From Podarcis gaigeae (taxonomy: Eukaryota), in the NCBI GenBank assembly GCA_964106915.2, contig OZ066926.1: a stretch of 64,000 nucleotides of DNA; one strand, given 5' to 3'. The notes below the pieces were generated by a model. It saw only the letters and a list, made by a program, of their open reading frames with translations. It was not told the origin of the DNA and did not search any database. The stretch's first letter is position 1; the number at the start of each line of letters is the position of its first letter. A program made the translations under genes and the position numbers. Positions 62,317 to 64,000 of this stretch are shown here, piece after piece.

Positions 62317-64000
62317 TAACTCATGTAATGTGGTCAATGCCTCTTAGGACCTGTGGACTTCAAAGCGTGATGTGTACACAAAGGTGCCCCAAATTCAAAA
62401 TGCAATCTTGAACAGTGTTTTCTGTGAAGCAGGCACTCCCACCAGAGGCCTCTGACTGCACAGCTACCGGACAAGCTGAGATTTGACTTAAGAATAATGT
62501 GACATGTACATGGTTGATTGCTATGGATTAGGAAAACGGCAAAGAACTGAATCTGTGGTTTCTTAAAGGCTGACCCCACTCTTGTATCGGAGACCTTTGC
62601 TGTTTCTTTGATGCCTTGGTTGATATATATGTAAAGCATGGTGGACATTAATCAAGTTTAGAACAGCTGGCACTTGAACTCTTCCATCCAACCTATAAAT
62701 TTCACAGCATCCACAATGAGCGGTGAAAAAGAAAGGAATGGAAACTCTTACGCCATTTGAATTGTTATCTCCAAGGTTCTTTTGAGCACGTCCAGCAGAG
62801 CCATGGATTTTCCTAGCTCAAATTCCATTTTTCTTTTGAAGTAGATGCCTTTAGAGGCAGAATGTTCAATCATCCTGTCTCCCAGAATGATTTGTGCTAA
62901 GAGGTGACCAGGAAGGCTTGCAGCCACCAGCTTTGAAAAAGGACGTGGCAGTGTTCCATCATGCCTTTGGCTGGACTTTGGAAAGCCCAATGTTTACTCA
63001 CTTAGGAGCAATTTGGAAGGAATTCCCAGTCTTTAGGGCAAGCCCAAGACATTTTGGCACCTGAGGCAAACCACAAAATGGTGCTTCCTCCCCTGGCCGG
63101 GCAAGAAGGGATGAGTGAAGATCCTACATCGGGAACAAGGGGGGGCTAAAGATCTATATATGGGATCTGCTGCCCCATGGATCCTGCCTCCTAAGGCATT
63201 TGCCTCACCTTGCCTCATGGCTAGGTCGGTCCTGCATCACTTACTGTTTTCTCGGCACTGGCAAAATTTCTACTGGCACCAGTCCACAGTGAAAATAATA
63301 GCATTTGCTCAAGTATCAGATATCCCTTTTAAATTTCTGCCACATGCTGAAGGGGCAAATTGTTTTAGTTTTTTTAAATAAATTAATTATTTTAAACCCA
63401 AATAATGACTTTCTTTTTCAGTATTGAAAGCTGTAGTGGGGGGGGCCAACCTGGCCATATTGGACTGTGTGCATGGTCACCGCCCATAAATGCACTGAAG
63501 ACAAATGCTGTGCTTTAATTCAAAAACCTTTGAAGTGGCCTCCTATATGATGGTTAGATAGTAAGAAAGTGCTGTGGCAAGGCCTGCTGTACCACACAGG
63601 AGGTAGGCAGGGCTGACCCACCCATGAGGCAAGGTGAGGCAGAGACCTCGGGCGGCAGACCTGGGCCCAAGGAGCATGCCGCTTTGCTGACTCCTCTGCC
63701 TGTGCAACTGTGCTTCCATCTCTGCTGCCACACCTCCACCACCTACTCCTCTGTGGGCATACCAAAGCCATCCCCTGTGGCAGTGGCAAGGGTGTGTGCG
63801 CCTGGTGGCAGGGCACACCCATTGTGAAGGAGGCAGGGGCATGGCAGCAGCATGGTGTCTCCGTGGAGGAGGAGGCAGCAGCGCATGCTTGCAGTGGAGT
63901 GCAGTGGCAGTGGGGTTTGCCTCAAGCAGCAAAACGTTCTGGGCCAGCCCTTCAGGAAGGTTAGTCTTCCCCCTAGGGCAGGATGGTTAAGGTCTAGCTA

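Noticed and set aside
60128-64000. Final TPPP coding exon (expected to contain GSHKERFD...GKGKAGR)
   Set aside because: No such sequence found in the remaining window; it presumably lies downstream

Overview
Vertebrate genomic DNA from a squamate, probably a lacertid lizard judging from the Sauria-type SINEs with (TACCTT)n tails. On the + strand it holds the 3' half of ZDHHC11 (about 2.1-7.2 kb), a CpG-island promoter with a non-coding first exon (about 18.6-19.5 kb), and coding exons 2 and 3 of TPPP/p25-alpha (34.6 kb and 60.0 kb; the last exon lies beyond the window). Between the genes is a young Ty3/Gypsy (Tf1/sushi-group) LTR retrotransposon on the - strand (11327-15821, TSD CTATC) with a single gag-pol ORF and a deleted integrase core. 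It has two notable features. First, the U3 of its LTR is filled by a 116-aa ORF (acidic body, basic tail with the HMGN-type RRSARL nucleosome-binding motif). Second, it has no tRNA primer-binding site but a PBS complementary to the predicted 5' end of its own RNA (self-priming). The introns are rich in Sauria SINEs, TcMar and hAT MITEs, and L2/CR1/RTE/L1 fragments. A Penelope-type fragment carries a mutated hammerhead ribozyme. There is one assembly gap. All calls were made by eye without database searches.
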